A stretch of 56,383 bases of DNA, the filler included, from Basidiobolus ranarum (lineage: Eukaryota): the NCBI GenBank assembly GCA_040143965.1. It is 4 parts of 4 records of this genome, joined end to end, with 100 filler letters (N's around TTAATTAATTAA, not from the genome) between each part and the next. Parts side by side here need not be neighbours in the genome. Positions count along the whole stretch, not along the records: positions 14,155 to 28,178 come from JASJQH010000445.1; positions 28,279 to 42,287 come from JASJQH010000446.1; 2 more parts are not named here. One strand, given 5' to 3'. This document shows positions 26,237 through 39,344 of the stretch, in pieces (within the stretch, counting starts at the first letter, position 1; each line of letters begins with the position of its first letter). The notes under the pieces are model-generated. The model had not been told where the DNA came from. It did no database searches and worked only from the letters and a program-made list of their open reading frames with translations. The position numbers were made by a program, and so were the translations under genes.

Positions 26237-27321
26237 TATTAATAGTAGCTATAAAATTGTTAGAATATAAATTACTCAATTTGGGTTAATGCATTCCAAT
26301 CTTTTTTAAACATATTCGGTGATTATGGAAAGCATTATTCTTTTTTACCACTTTTCAATTTTATTTTATTCAGGAAAGTCGCTCTTTTACGAACCCATTT
26401 CGATGTAATATTGTCACCATCCCACCATCTCCCCACTACTCTACCCCCTTATTTTGCGTTTATTTGTTATCCTTGAGGTGGGAGGGGAGGTCTTTTTCTC
26501 TTAGAATTGGCCAACTTTGGTGTCCAACAGTAATAAATATAAATTCTAAATGGTCCCGATGATGATGAAACAGTATGTACGACTTGCATCCGTAGTGGAG
26601 CACAACTGCTAAGGGCATTTCCATTATTTCATTCCATTCTCTAACCGTTCCTCCGCAGGATTGAGATAAAGGGCACTATCAAGAAGGGTGATTTGGAGAA
26701 CTCTTTTTAGAATCCTCATTCTCAACAAGTACTCCAGGATAAAGGAAAACTAGCCAATTCGTCTATCCAGGCTAAATGGTAACTATATGTACGTATTCGG
26801 AATCCTGCTTGTTGTGCGAAAAGATCACCATACCGCATGGGACTATTGCTTGCTTTAACTTGTATCTATCCAGTCATTTAGGGATGTTACGAACTTGGCT
26901 AAGATGCGTACAGTATATGTAATTATCAATGGGCCTCGGAAATGATTGGAGCGATTGCTAAGCGAATTCGGGGTAGTATATATTATATGCTATTACAGCG
27001 TATGGATCTTGTGTTAGTAAGATTAGGGAGATTAACATCGCGCTTGAGTGTGTGGCTTCATTGAATATAGGTGCTATAATACTAAGACACTTTGACAAGT
27101 CTGATGCTGTAATATGATTTCGATATAATCTAGTTCCATTTTCAGGATGGATCATCAGATTGGATGATGCCAAGAGATACCGGATTCACTGGCCTTTGAC
27201 CTTGTTTTAATAAATTAATAGGGTTAGGATAAAAGAGTTATATGATCAGCATTTGTTGGATAATTAATCTTTATTCAACATCTTAGCTAACTTTAGTGAT
27301 AATACATATATCAGAAACAGG

Positions 27322-27870
27322 AAGCAACATATCTATAGCCCTAATATTCTAATTAGGAATATCTCTATATCTATATAATAATTATGTCTTATTACCCCCA
27401 ATTATCTATTATTTCTTATAAAACTAGCTCCTGAATATCTCAAACAATTGATGTACTTCCTTGCTATATAAGCCACCATATTCTATTAAGAATAAAGTAA
27501 CTAAAATATACAAAGTCTACCCCCATTACTTCAGGTTAAAAAGGAACAAAGTGCCATTAACATAACTTGTCTTAATGTCAAGGACAAATTGCTAATTCAA
27601 TGTTCAAGAGCCTAAACTACCAAGAAGGTATTGAAAGCCTTGGAAGACACCAACCAAACATGTTCTGCTGCCAATAAGATGTTTCTAAGACAATTCTTTA
27701 ACTTAGAGATGAAGCCAGGAGAAGACATTAAATCACTAATTAATAGTGTCACTATTGTGGTGAATGAAATGTAATGCATTGGAGTACCTGCTACTGATCA
27801 GGATACCATAGGTAGAGTCCTGAATAGCCTGTCACACAAGTTTCAAAGCCTAGTAATGGCTCTAGGATCA
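27322..27870 (+). mobile_element. Degenerate Ty1/Copia retrotransposon remnant: LTR-like segment plus gag (UBN2-like) pseudogene
   Basis: From 27553: AINITCLNVKDKLLIQCSRA*TTKKVLKALEDT...SAANKMFLRQFFNLEMKPGEDIKSLIN...IGVPATDQDTIGRVLNSLSHKFQSLVMAL, with stops. Confidence 0.8.
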
Positions 27871-28094
27871 AGAATCAAAAATTAGGGTTAAAAGTATTGG
27901 TGTCAAGTGGGATTTCCAGAGACTTCTCTGGCCTGTAGGTGAAGAAGAAGAGGTTTCTAAGGATTAGACAATGTGGAGTGAATAATGTATGTAATTTTAT
28001 GAAAAAAGAAACTTAGGGATAGATAACCCCTAGGTTATTTCAACATAAGAGGGTATAGATGTTCTGGTTGTTGAAATTATTTAGGGAGAAATAT

Positions 28095-28167
28095 TGGTCT
28101 GGCCAGGAATTGAACCTGGGACCTCCTTCACTCTAGCAAGGTGCTCTAACCACTGAGCTACCAGTCC
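28095..28167 (-). tRNA. tRNA-like sequence, anticodon AGA, short variable loop (pseudo-tRNA or repeat-borne)
   Basis: GGACTGG TA GCTC AGTGGTTA GAGC A CCTTG CTAGAGT GAAGG AGGTC CCAGG TTCAATT CCTGG CCAGACC A. This is a 73-nt cloverleaf with A and B boxes and mismatches at 3:70 and 31:39. Confidence 0.65.
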
Positions 28168-28178
28168 TTGTATGCTAT

Positions 28179-28278
28179 NNNNNNNNNNNNNNNNNNNNNN
28201 NNNNNNNNNNNNNNNNNNNNNNTTAATTAATTAANNNNNNNNNNNNNNNNNNNNNNNNNNNNNNNNNNNNNNNNNNNN
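28179..28278. other. Artificial contig linker
   Basis: N-TTAATTAATTAA-N, 100 nt. Confidence 0.98.
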
Positions 28279-29469
28279 GTCCTTGCGCCCGGTGGGTATG
28301 GACGGGCCTACATCTCAGGGACCGCTGCGCACACCTGTACTGGGGAAGGTAATGCTATGGTTGCCAGAGCCGGACTTCCTCTTCAGGATTTGGAATTCGT
28401 TCAATTCCATCCTACTGGTATCTATGGTGCTGGATGTTTGATCACTGAAGGATCTCGTGGTGAAGGTGGCTACTTATTAAACTCTAAGGGTGAACGTTTC
28501 ATGGAGCGTTATGCTCCTACTGCCAAGGATTTAGCTTCCCGTGATGTCGTTTCCAGAAGTATGACAGTGGAAATCCGTGAAGGCAGAGGTGTTGGACCTG
28601 AAAAAGATCACATTTATCTTCAGTTATCTCACTTACCTGCTGAGGTATTGAAGGAACGTCTTCCAGGTATTTCTGAAACTGCCGCTATCTTTGCTGGTGT
28701 CGATGTTACTAAGGAGCCCATTCCTGTCCTTCCTACGGTTCACTACAACATGGGTGGTATCACAACCAAATACACTGGTGAAGTTTTGACCCAAGATGAA
28801 GCTGGAAATGATAAAGTTGTTCCTGGTCTGTACGCCGCTGGTGAGGCTGCTTGTGTCTCTGTTCACGGAGCTAATCGTCTTGGTGCCAATTCTTTACTTG
28901 ATATTGTTGTGTTTGGTCGTGCTTGCGCTCTTCACATCAAGGATACTTTGGAACCTGGAACCCCTCATAAGCCTTTGTCATCAGATGCTGGCCTCGCCAC
29001 CATTGAGAACCTTGACAAACTTAGAAATGCCGATGGTAATTCCTCTACCGCTCAAATCCGTCTTAAGATGCAAAAGGTCATGCAAACCGATGCTGCCGTC
29101 TTCAGAACCCAAGAGTCTTTGGATCAGGGTGTCGTTAACATTGACAAAGTATTCAAGAGCTTCTCTGACGTCAAGGTCACCGACCGCTCCATGATCTGGA
29201 ACACCGATCTTGTTGAGACCCTCGAGTTGCAAAACTTGTTGACTTGCGCTTCCCAAACCATGTTCTCTGCTGCTAACCGTAAAGAATCTCGTGGTGCCCA
29301 TGCTCGTGAAGATTACAAGGACCGTGATGATGTGAACTGGATGAAGCATACTCTCACCTGGCAAAACCAAGAGACTGGTGAAATCGACTTGAAGTACAGA
29401 GCTGTCACTTATGACACCTTGGACCAAGAAGAATGTAAATCAGTTCCTCCAGTTGCTCGTGTTTACTAA
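28279..29469 (+). CDS. SDH1: Succinate dehydrogenase flavoprotein subunit, 5' truncated by contig start
   Basis: [62 protein letters not shown]. Confidence 0.97.
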   Translation, partial: VLAPGGYGRAYISGTAAHTCTGEGNAMVARAGLPLQDLEFVQFHPTGIYGAGCLITEGSRGEGGYLLNSKGERFMERYAPTAKDLASRDVVSRSMTVEIREGRGVGPEKDHIYLQLSHLPAEVLKERLPGISETAAIFAGVDVTKEPIPVLPTVHYNMGGITTKYTGEVLTQDEAGNDKVVPGLYAAGEAACVSVHGANRLGANSLLDIVVFGRACALHIKDTLEPGTPHKPLSSDAGLATIENLDKLRNADGNSSTAQIRLKMQKVMQTDAAVFRTQESLDQGVVNIDKVFKSFSDVKVTDRSMIWNTDLVETLELQNLLTCASQTMFSAANRKESRGAHAREDYKDRDDVNWMKHTLTWQNQETGEIDLKYRAVTYDTLDQEECKSVPPVARVY

Positions 29470-30032
29470 ACACTTCATATTGTTGCAACATAGATCACTA
29501 TGGTCTCATGACCTCATACCTTTCACCAATATTTATGACTAGCAATCAAGAAATCACATGATGGTAAACATTCTTAGCCACCTTGTTGAAATAGTGCACT
29601 TCAAACCTCAAAATTGAGTATTCATTCTGTTTATTTTACTCCTCCATTCCACTAGTAATAAAAGCATTTAAATATACAATTCGATCGCGTTCGTTGGCTC
29701 GAAATGATGGTGTTGTTGCTACTGGCTTTTTAATAAATGTAACAACGCAGTCTCACGCAATGTTTAGCTTTGGAAGTCAGTTTATTATACGCTCTGCATG
29801 GGTATGACCATCTATAGATATCAACTAGTGCCATGTAACCACAATGACAATACCGTTTGCTTCTTACCCATATTTACTGAGTCATCCTCACTTGCCACGA
29901 TGCTCAGATGCCAACTACATCGATCAGTACGCAAATCAGTTGACATGTCCGAGTATGCAATATGTCTATATGCTTTGGTCTGACTAACACTAAAGAATGA
30001 GGTGTGATAAAGGCTGCGATTTGCTAGATTGA

Positions 30033-32260
30033 ATGACTAGTGCTATGATATCAACGTTGATCCTTCAAAGAAGACCGTAAGATAATAGAGAATTGCTCTT
30101 CGATTGTATCAAATCAGAACTTGCTTATTAACGGTTCAGTGAGTTTTCATTGTGTACCTTTGCTGGTATGGTTCAGCCACAACACGATTATTGCTCCTTT
30201 AAAACATATCTAGCTGTGGGCATTTGTTGTCTTTGCCTATTTTTACCATATGTAAAGCCTCTCTCAAGTCGAGGGAAAACCGGCATTGTCTTTTTGGGTG
30301 GCGTATTAATGGTGACGTTTAATATCATTTCCTTCGAACAGGCTTTCCTCAGTCTCCGTGGGTGTACGCTGCTTTTGTTTCCAAGTTTGGGGATTATTTC
30401 TTATAAACTCAAGGAAAAGGTAAGGGTTTCAGTCAACTTAATACTATCTTCTCCCGCTTCTTATCTATTGCCTTTAACACGTATAGGGGCTGAAAAGGAA
30501 CATTCGGAGATTTTTGCTTCGAAGCCCTCACTCAATCCCCTTTTTTTTAGCAAAAGTCTCCTTGTTGTCTGGACTAATGGGTGCATTCTTTCTAAACGAC
30601 GGAGTTTTTATAGTTATTTCCGAAATTGTGTTTAGTATTTGCAACGATCATGGACTACATTTACATCCATTTGGTCTGGCAATCGTAAGTGACTTTTAAA
30701 GTCTCACTTTATTTCGAAAGCTATACATAACATGTTTAATCCAAGATTACTTCTGCAAATATCGGGTCGGTTGCGATTATTGTTGGGTGTCCTCTTAATA
30801 TGATAATATATGAGACCACTCAGAAATTCTCGTTTTTCAAGTATATCATAATCATGAGCCTTCCCGCTATCGTCGGAGTCAGCTTAAATACCCTTTGTCT
30901 CTGCTGGTTTTATAACAATCGTATGGAGATAGATGTCCCTCATAGCTGTAGCTCGGTTGATTACCATACAGCCATCGCTGAATATGAAAGAATCTCACAA
31001 GGGATTGAACCCGAAATTCAGCAAAAAGAGTTACTTATATCGGTCATTCAGACAAAAGTATACGGGGCCACCAAATCTGATTGCCTTCTTAGCTATGATA
31101 GCCTTGAATACCAGCATGGTAATGAGTATTTTGAAACTATGGAAGAGAGTAACTCTGACCCAATTCCGATATACTGCTCGAATTTCAGCACTTCGCCGGA
31201 AAGTATATCACCCACCCAATTGCTTCCAGATACTCCACCGACCACTCCACAGATTATTATGAATAATGCAAGGCCGACGATGTTTGTTTGGCCTCCACCA
31301 CCGGCTTCTTCAAAAGTATCGATTGCATCTGAGGAAGATGGATCATCTCAAGTATCCTCCAAGACCTTACAGTTACCTACACCAGCTTCGGCAAATGAAC
31401 CACCCCCTGTGCCAAAATTATTAATACCTGCACGACCATTTGATGGTTTAACCGCCTTCTATGGTACTATTACTCCTTCAAGTTCCATTCATTCGAGTAG
31501 ATCACCACGGTCCCCAAGATCGTATGGTAGAGTACGTGTAACTTTGTACGAGAAAGCATGGAGAGAAATTAGTGGCTTTTGGGGTTCTCATTTCAATGGC
31601 GTCGTTGTAACTATTTTCTTGGTTGCCATGTACTTTGCGATGCTGTTAGGCCTCAATCCAGTTTGGGCTTGTTGTACGACTGCGGCTCTCTTGGCTCTAT
31701 TCAATAATACCACCTTATCTATGCTTCTAAGCCATGTAAATTGGACATTCTTATGCTATCTTTGTGGTATATTTGTTCTCACAAGAGGTCTTCTGGCAAC
31801 ACCAGTCCTAAAAGATATTTGGGAGTTGATTGGCCCTTGGTTAAGTATTGGCACTCGGAATATTCATCTCACTGCGTGGATCTTTTGCCTGGTCATAATG
31901 ATACCAAACACTATAATTGGTCCCTTCCCTACCCTTCTTCTCGTTTTGCCATTTCTCCAAGATATAGAGGATCCAGTTATGTCACTCCAGCTAACCCTAG
32001 TCTTACTCTGGTGTGCAGTTCTTTGCAGCAATCTGACGCCGTATAGTAGTATTGCTAGTAGAATAGTGACGGACGTTTTTAGACAATATTATATAGATAA
32101 AACACTCGACCCTCGTAATGGAGTTACGGAAATTGAACGATCCAAAAGATGGTTTGGAAGGCTCCAAGTATGGATGCGCTATACTTCTTGGTCTACTTTT
32201 ATGATAACAATGATGGGTGTTCCTCTAATCCTTTACAATGTGGACTCTCCAGGTTCATGA
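30033..32260 (+). CDS. Lsi2/ArsB/CitMHS-like anion or metalloid transporter; exons 30033-30076, 30140-30165, 30214-30419, 30487-30684, 30746-32260
   Basis: Spliced protein has GAFFLNDG...ISEIV...LHPFGLAI|ITSANIGSVAIIVGCPLNMII, like the Lsi2 motif ALFTND...PFLLAL..SANIGS.ATPIGNPQN. All four introns are GT-AG and frame-preserving. Confidence 0.75.
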
Positions 32261-32738
32261 TTCTTGTATACTTTCCATTCACCCAATTATAGCAAGTACT
32301 ATATTGGTTTCTTTTCTTCTACTGGATAGTCCATATTCACTTCTCACACAGAGCCTCTACTGAGCCATAAATATGTATATATGTAGCCATTAAATTTTTA
32401 GCACTTGAGTTATTTATGCTTCTTCGAAAATACTCGGCTCCTTCGTTCACTCACACTGTCTGACACTTATTGAAGTGATGCTTGTTAATAGGATTTTTGA
32501 TACTGTAGAAAAATACGATATTACAAGTTACAATCGATGGGAGTAAACAATTTGAATGACGAAAGATGAACATTCTCCTGGAAATTCCTAGTGAGTTAAG
32601 TAAGCCAAAGCCAATAGCTGAAGAATGATTTGTAATCTAGGAAAATTCCATCCATAAGGATTAAAAATCAATCAGCTTAATAAATTCATAAATATCCCGC
32701 TAAGAATGTGTAGTAATTGCTTAATTGAGTGACTAGAG

Positions 32739-33811
32739 ATGTCAACTGTACCTGCGGATGCTCCACAGCATTGTCCTGTAAGTATTTATTCTATGGCATC
32801 AAGAATTCATTTATTTCTATATTCATTCTTTGTTTGTAGGGAACCGAAAGTGAACAAGCAGGAACCGCCAGTGCTTGCGCAGGTTGTCCCAACCAAAATA
32901 TCTGTTCTACAGCACCTAAAGGACCAGATCCAGGTATTTTAAATGTTCCTATAGCCCTGATACCAGTATTCTTTTTCACCCAGAAATTTCATTGATATGG
33001 ATATATAGCTATTGCAGAGATTGCCTCAAGATTGAGTAAAGTAAATCACAAGATATTGATATTATCTGGAAAAGGTGGAGTTGGCAAGAGCACTTTTACT
33101 TCTCAACTTGGGTTCACCCTGGCCAATGATGAAGAGTGTCAAGTTGGTGTGATTGATATTGACGTGTGTGGTCCCTCTATACCGAAAGTGATGGGTTTAG
33201 AAGGAGAGCAGATTCATCAGAGTAATTCTGGCTGGTCTCCAGTTTATGTACAAGACAATCTAGGAGTTATGTCCATTGGCTTCATGCTTCCCAACCCCGA
33301 CGATGCAGTTATTTGGCGTGGTCCCAAGAAGAACGGACTAATCAAGCAATTCCTAAAAGATGTAGATTGGGGAGAGTTGGACTTTCTTTTAGTAGACACA
33401 CCACCTGGCACCACCGACGAACATATTTCGATTACTCAGTATCTTAAGGAGGCTGGTATCACTGGTGCAATTGTAGTAACCACTCCCCAAGAGGTGGCTC
33501 TACAAGACGTGCGTAAAGAGATCAATTTTTGTCGTAAAGTGAATTTACCTATCCTCGGTGTAGTGGAGAATATGAGCGGTTTCGTATGTCCAAATTGTAA
33601 AGGAGAATCTATGATCTTTGCGGCCACAACTGGTGGCGCTAAACAAATGGCCATCCAGTGTGACATCCCATATCTTGGTTCGATTCCACTTGATCCTAGA
33701 ATCGGGAAATCATGTGATCATGGAGTGTCATTTGTTGAAGAATACCCTGAATCTCCAGCCACCAAGGCATTCCTAGAAATAGTGCAACGTATCAAGAGGC
33801 AAGTCTACTAG
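32739..33811 (+). CDS. NBP35: Cytosolic Fe-S assembly factor; exons 32739-32777, 32840-32933, 33009-33811
   Basis: N-terminal [11 protein letters not shown]...[10 protein letters not shown] ferredoxin-like motif, [19 protein letters not shown]. Confidence 0.96.
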
Positions 33812-34078
33812 ATTTTTATTGGCCAATCATAACCCTTCCTCATATTTGGTCAGTGTATATCCCCTAACCCTAACCCTGTGGGATCTAGAGGGTTAATTTG
33901 TATTTTAAGTGGTGAGTTGAGTGGTGAATTTCAATAAATAAGAATAAGAATCCATGAAATTTAATTTGATCATTTATGACTCGCTTCCAGAACTCTTCAT
34001 CACAGTCTAGACTGAATGCAGAAGTGAAATGGAGTGCTACATCGATGGAGACAAACCTAGAGTTCTTATCAAAAGTTC

Positions 34079-34405
34079 ATGACCCTGCCTGAAGGAAATT
34101 TTACCAGTGGTGCACGACTATACCGTACGCGTTGTGCTCTATGTCACACTATTGAACCAGGTGGAGGTCACAAGTCAGGTCCCAATCTTCACGGTTTATT
34201 CGGAAAGCGAGCAGGAAGTTCTCCAGGATATACAGCTACACAAGCAGTTATTGATAAAAATGTTATATGGACCGAAGAAACGTTAGATACATTTTTAGAG
34301 AATCCGAAAGTTTATATACCAGGTACCAAAATGGTATTTGCCGGTTTTAAAAAGCCTCAATTAAGAGCAGATATCATCACATTTTTAAAGGAAGCGAGTA
34401 AATGA
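34079..34405 (+). CDS. Cytochrome c (divergent isoform)
   Basis: CALCH heme motif, GPNLHGLFG, NPKVYIPGTKMVFAG with the axial Met. Confidence 0.93.
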   Translation: MTLPEGNFTSGARLYRTRCALCHTIEPGGGHKSGPNLHGLFGKRAGSSPGYTATQAVIDKNVIWTEETLDTFLENPKVYIPGTKMVFAGFKKPQLRADIITFLKEASK

Positions 34406-34658
34406 GGAAAAATAAGGAACTTTTCACTTTTCTAACTGTATAATGGCTGACTTGTTTGTTATTTAAAAGCTTCTACTTTCTCTAGAAATAGTTTACTAAT
34501 AAATCAACTTTATTACTCAACTTCAAGCGAACAAAGGTCAATTTTCAACATTGATAAATAAGGGTAAATTGCAAACAGTGTTCACTTGTAAGTAAAGAAA
34601 GTGGAGTGAGTTGTACCTGAGAGTGAACCAAGAAGCATCGGAATGGGAAGATATCCAT

Positions 34659-35962
34659 TCAAAATGGTTCAGTTTGAATTTTTCGAATTTCCATTGCTGG
34701 GATCTTCAACAATAAGTTTCCCAGTTCACCCCGTTCAAGTTTTTGCATAGTATCAGGACGTCTTGCGGGTGACACTGGAGATATATAATTGGGAAGTAAA
34801 TTATATAAAGTGACGACATCGGCCAAAAATTTCTCTTTTTCGCGTACAGCTGAGACATCTCCATTATTCATCATGATATGTTCTTCCGTTAATGGATCAG
34901 GAATGATTAATTTATAATCGTCTTCGTTGTCCATGGACTCTAGTTGTTGTCGCTTATTCCGATTTTTTGGTCCATTGGAATAACGATAACACAGTCCCGT
35001 AGTGGTGGTTGACATTACTGTGAATACCTGAGTGTTAAAAGGATTCATCATATCATCTAGTTGTGCTTCTTCCCCTTGAGCGTTTGTTCCACCGTAGCTG
35101 TAAGCTCTGGATGGATGCATTGCTTGCCAATCGGCCCAAATTTTATCGACGAATGCATGATGAAGCCAAAATAGGGGGCTAGAGTAATAAAAGTCAGGTT
35201 CTAGAACAGACTGTTCAACTAGTTAAAGGAACTTACTCATTGGAGCTGTAAGTACGCGACATATCTCCACCGATGCCAACGTGAACGGTTCCATGTGGTG
35301 GGGATTCAATTTGGTCAGCCAGATCTGCGTAATTTTTGGAACCACGAATGATCGCGGATAATGCTTCAGGAGAAAAGAATGAGGAAATGTTTCCTCGACG
35401 ATTGAAGTTGCGTTGAAGACAGTGTCGAGAGGGGATATAGACATCCCAATTTTTAAAGGGACCGTTGGGAACACAGGAGTTGTTACCACTTCCATTTCCA
35501 CCGAAGAAATTCGAGTAAAACACTTCACTACTAGCAGGGTCCTGAGAATCGATACTCCAATCCTAGATATGCAGGTGGTTAAGAAGGAGTATATATGTAT
35601 GAAGAGAAGAGATCAATATGTACCCAATATGGAATGACTACGTTTGGTTTGATTTTTTGTAACTCTATTTCGAAGTTTCGAAGGTATCTACGATGCCACG
35701 GGAAGAATGACGCTGTCCCGTGGGCTTCACTGAAGTAATCTACATGAACCTGTGAAAGAGTGGCGTATGTTGTAGATCTTCCTTGAGTTCCATTGATGGT
35801 ATTGATGGCTAGTACGGCATCAATAAAATCTTGTCTTTCTTGAGTGCTCAATTCACGAATCTCTTTTCTCACTGCGATGTTTGAACATTGTGATGTTACT
35901 GTGGCCACGAATGATATAGCAGTGATCAGGGAAAATACCCAGCTTGTTCTCAAGACTAACAT
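34659..35962 (-). CDS. Secreted tyrosinase (type-3 copper); exons 35962-35624, 35562-35237, 35178-34659
   Basis: Signal peptide; RKEIRELS; CuA H..AHG..FFPWHR; PYW|DW; CuB PHGTVH...SSND|PLFWLHHAFVDKIW. Confidence 0.92.
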
Positions 35963-37117
35963 GTCTATATCTAAGGGGATGTATGGAACAAATTCGGTAG
36001 GGTATCTGAAACGTATCTGGAACTAACTTTGGTAAACTTTGAGCGAGGCAAGACGGTCATTTATATAATCCAATGTTATGCATATTCGCGAACATATTCG
36101 TAAAATTCAATACTGAATGCGGGTCAAATGCACTTCCATCAATTACCCTTCAACAATGTCCAAGACCACCATTGATAGTTAATGTGAATTACTAAGATCA
36201 AAATCAGCTACGGCAATTAAATTTACTTGCACTCCACCTCTCCCCCCTCACTTGCGGGGTGATGAAAATAGAATGATCCGAGTGTGCAGTACAAGTGTGC
36301 AGTACTTGTGGTCAACCTCATCCATAATATACTGCGCGTTCCTTCAAAAATCTCCTAATCTACTGTCTGTACAATAGCCAAATCAATGCTCTCCATAATC
36401 CAATTCAATCGGAATTGAGAGAGCTCCTGCTTTACCAGCATCTGAGTGGAGTAGTAATGATTCTAGCTGGTTTACGTTGCAACCCTAACCCAAAGATTTC
36501 ACCTACCCATAAGCTCAACCCTAACCCTAAGACTTTTCTCACACCAGCTAAACCCTAGCCAATAATTCAGACCAGTAAATGAGAACACTCGTCGTAGAAA
36601 TAAATAACCATAGCTAGTGTATGTATAGCCGGAGAAAGAAGTCTGAATTGAATAGAGCAAGTATTGAATACTCTCTCCAGCAGTTCAAGGTTGCTATTCA
36701 TCGGAAAGGATTGTCCGATTTTCATTCAATCTTTCGATCTTTAGCCCAGGAGGGAGAAATCAACGAATTCATACATGAATCTATGCAGCATTTTAACCAT
36801 GGTGATAATTGGTAGGCTTTATTTGAGTTAAAGCCACGGCTTGACTAGTAATACAATACCAAGATGGCTGCATAGAAGCCAATGTAATAGATATATTCAT
36901 AGAATCCCTATTCATCCGGATACTCAGGTACACCAATTAACCGTGGATAATTCAACCAAATGTAGCCAACTGTCTCCCCCACACATACTATTGCCTACTT
37001 AAATACTGGCCATTTCCTCGCATTGTTAGAAACTTATTGTGTTCTCAACAACAGACGATTGTCCCTCCTTTCACCTGATTGTCCCTCCCTTCACCTGAAT
37101 ATTCGACTCAACAGATT

Positions 37118-38461
37118 ATGGGTTGTTGTGTAAGCCGCGAAGACTTGGATATTAAGCGTAAACATGAAGAAATCGAAAACCAGCTCAAACAGGATGATTG
37201 GGTTCAAAAAAATGAAGTCAAAATGCTTTTACTAGGTACATTTCATACATTATATTGTGCATACTTCTACCCACCCATGGAATCCACTCCATCCACTACA
37301 TCACGATATGCTTAACTAATGTTTTCTACGCAGGGGCGGGTGAATCTGGCAAAAGCACAGTAGTAAAGCAGATGAAGTTGATCCACGAGGGTGGCTACAC
37401 TATGGAAGAAAAAGAGGCGTTTCGTGAGGTAATATTCTCGAATGCTGCCCAATCAATGAGGGTGATTTTGGAAGCGATGGAGCTGATGGGTATAGAATTG
37501 GAAGACAAAGAGAACGATCGATACGTAAATACAATGGCTAGTCTACCTGACCAGATAGAGGGAGAAAGGCTAGACCCAGAGGTGACAGAGGCCATTCGGT
37601 GTTTGTGGCTAGACGAAGGAGTTCAAAACTGCTTCAACAGATCCAGGGAATTCCAGTTGAATGACTCGGCAATTTAGTAAGTAAAGATAGAATCCCAGGC
37701 CCTGTCAAGGATGGTGACTAAACATTGTGTACTATTGTAGCTATTTCGACAGTATTGAGCGTATTGGCCAGCCTGATTATATTCCCAATGATCAGGATAT
37801 ATTGCGCTCAAGAGTGAAGACTACCGGAATCACCGAAACCACCTTCGTTATTGGCAGCGTTATATACCGACTACTTGATGTTGGTGGTCAGCGGTCCGAG
37901 CGAAAGAAGTGGATTCATTGCTTTGAAGATGTAACGGCCATCATATTCATGGTTGCCATTAGCGAATATGACCAGTCGCTCATAGAGGATGAAACAGTGG
38001 TATGTACCCCTCCATCATTACCTATTGCTAGTCTCTCTCCTCAACCCTTCCTTGCTGTAGAATCGCATGCAAGAAGCGCTAACATTATTCGACTCCATTT
38101 GCAACTCTCGTTGGTTCGTCAAGACCTCCATTATCTTGTTTTTAAACAAGACTGATCTCTTGAAGGAAAAGCTGGCCATCTCTCCAATGGACGACTTTTT
38201 CCCCGACTACGAAGGTACCCAAATAATCATCTTTGCAGTTAATGTTCTTTTCTGACTCCAATCTTAACTTTAGGTGGGGATGACTTTGATGCCGCGTGTG
38301 AGTACATCACCGAGCGATTCAAAGCCCTGAACCAGTCAAGCCGTAAACAAGTGTATGCTCATTTGACATGTGCTACCGATACTCAACAAATGGGCTTTGT
38401 AATGGCTGTGGTGAATGATATTATCATTCAAAATAACCTTCGAGATAGTGGTTTTCTGTAG
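37118..38461 (+). CDS. Heterotrimeric G-protein alpha subunit (group I-like); 5 exons
   Basis: MGCC myristoylation/palmitoylation, [48 protein letters not shown]. Confidence 0.95.
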
Positions 38462-38729
38462 TAATAGACACAGGACTTGCACTTACTCCACCAGTATCTG
38501 AGCAGCCGAATATACACGCCTTGTTATTAAATTTATTGACGTATCGCTAATGTTAATATCTTTTTTTGTACATTTTGATGATGCCCTTGGCCTTCTCTTC
38601 CCTTTGCCCATAGATACCATTAATTTACTACTTATTCTTAAAATTCTTAAGGAATAAATCATATACATGCAAACCAGACTTCATTAATACTTTCAAACAA
38701 AAGTCATCGAGTGCTTACATTGTTCATTA

Positions 38730-39344
38730 TTAATCTTGAGGAAGGACTTGATCGGTGTCCTCAGATTCTTCTTCTGCAGGTTGTAAGGCGTGATTTCTTT
38801 TCTCAGTCGAATAAAGTGCAGTCGGATGATATGTAGGTGGATTAATCGAGTTCTCCAACCAATATTGTACTCTACAACTTACCTGATAGGCATAGCGTAA
38901 GAAATAATATGTAGAAATGAGGAACAACATTGTACCAAAGCAAGTTAAAAGAACTGGTACAAGAACAATCAAACCAAAAGTTAACATGATTCCCTCGATG
39001 GCACAAAAGCTTAGAAAGACCGCACCAAATACACCAGCAAAGGTGGAGAATACGTACACTCCGAACATAATAGTCGGTAGTAATCCAAGGATGAAAGTAC
39101 CATACACTAGTACCTGTAAACTGGCGTGTTCGTTTAAATATTCATTGGCCGAGCTCATTTGTTCATAAAGTGACGTTTGAAGTCGGGAAGTGAGTTGACC
39201 ATCTTCCAATATACGATCAATCACTGCTCCAACTGAGGTATCTTGTTGAGTAGTTTGGCCCCTTTTTTTGTTGGGCTTTTTCCTGTTGCTGTTATGGGGA
39301 GTTGGAGTTAGGTCATTACTTGAGGGTTCAGTTTGAGTATTCAT
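38730..39344 (-). CDS. Promethin/LDAF1-like lipid-droplet membrane protein
   Basis: Long hydrophobic hairpins ...LLPTIMFGVYV...AIEGIMLTFGLIVLVPVLL between polar termini, as in promethin. Confidence 0.6.
   Translation of the reverse strand: MNTQTEPSSNDLTPTPHNSNRKKPNKKRGQTTQQDTSVGAVIDRILEDGQLTSRLQTSLYEQMSSANEYLNEHASLQVLVYGTFILGLLPTIMFGVYVFSTFAGVFGAVFLSFCAIEGIMLTFGLIVLVPVLLTCFGTMLFLISTYYFLRYAYQVSCRVQYWLENSINPPTYHPTALYSTEKRNHALQPAEEESEDTDQVLPQD

Noticed and set aside
28279-28356. Unusual substitutions in the conserved SDH1 motif ([24 protein letters not shown])
   Set aside because: Confined to the first 80 or so nt of a contig, while the rest is canonical. Most likely low-quality read end.
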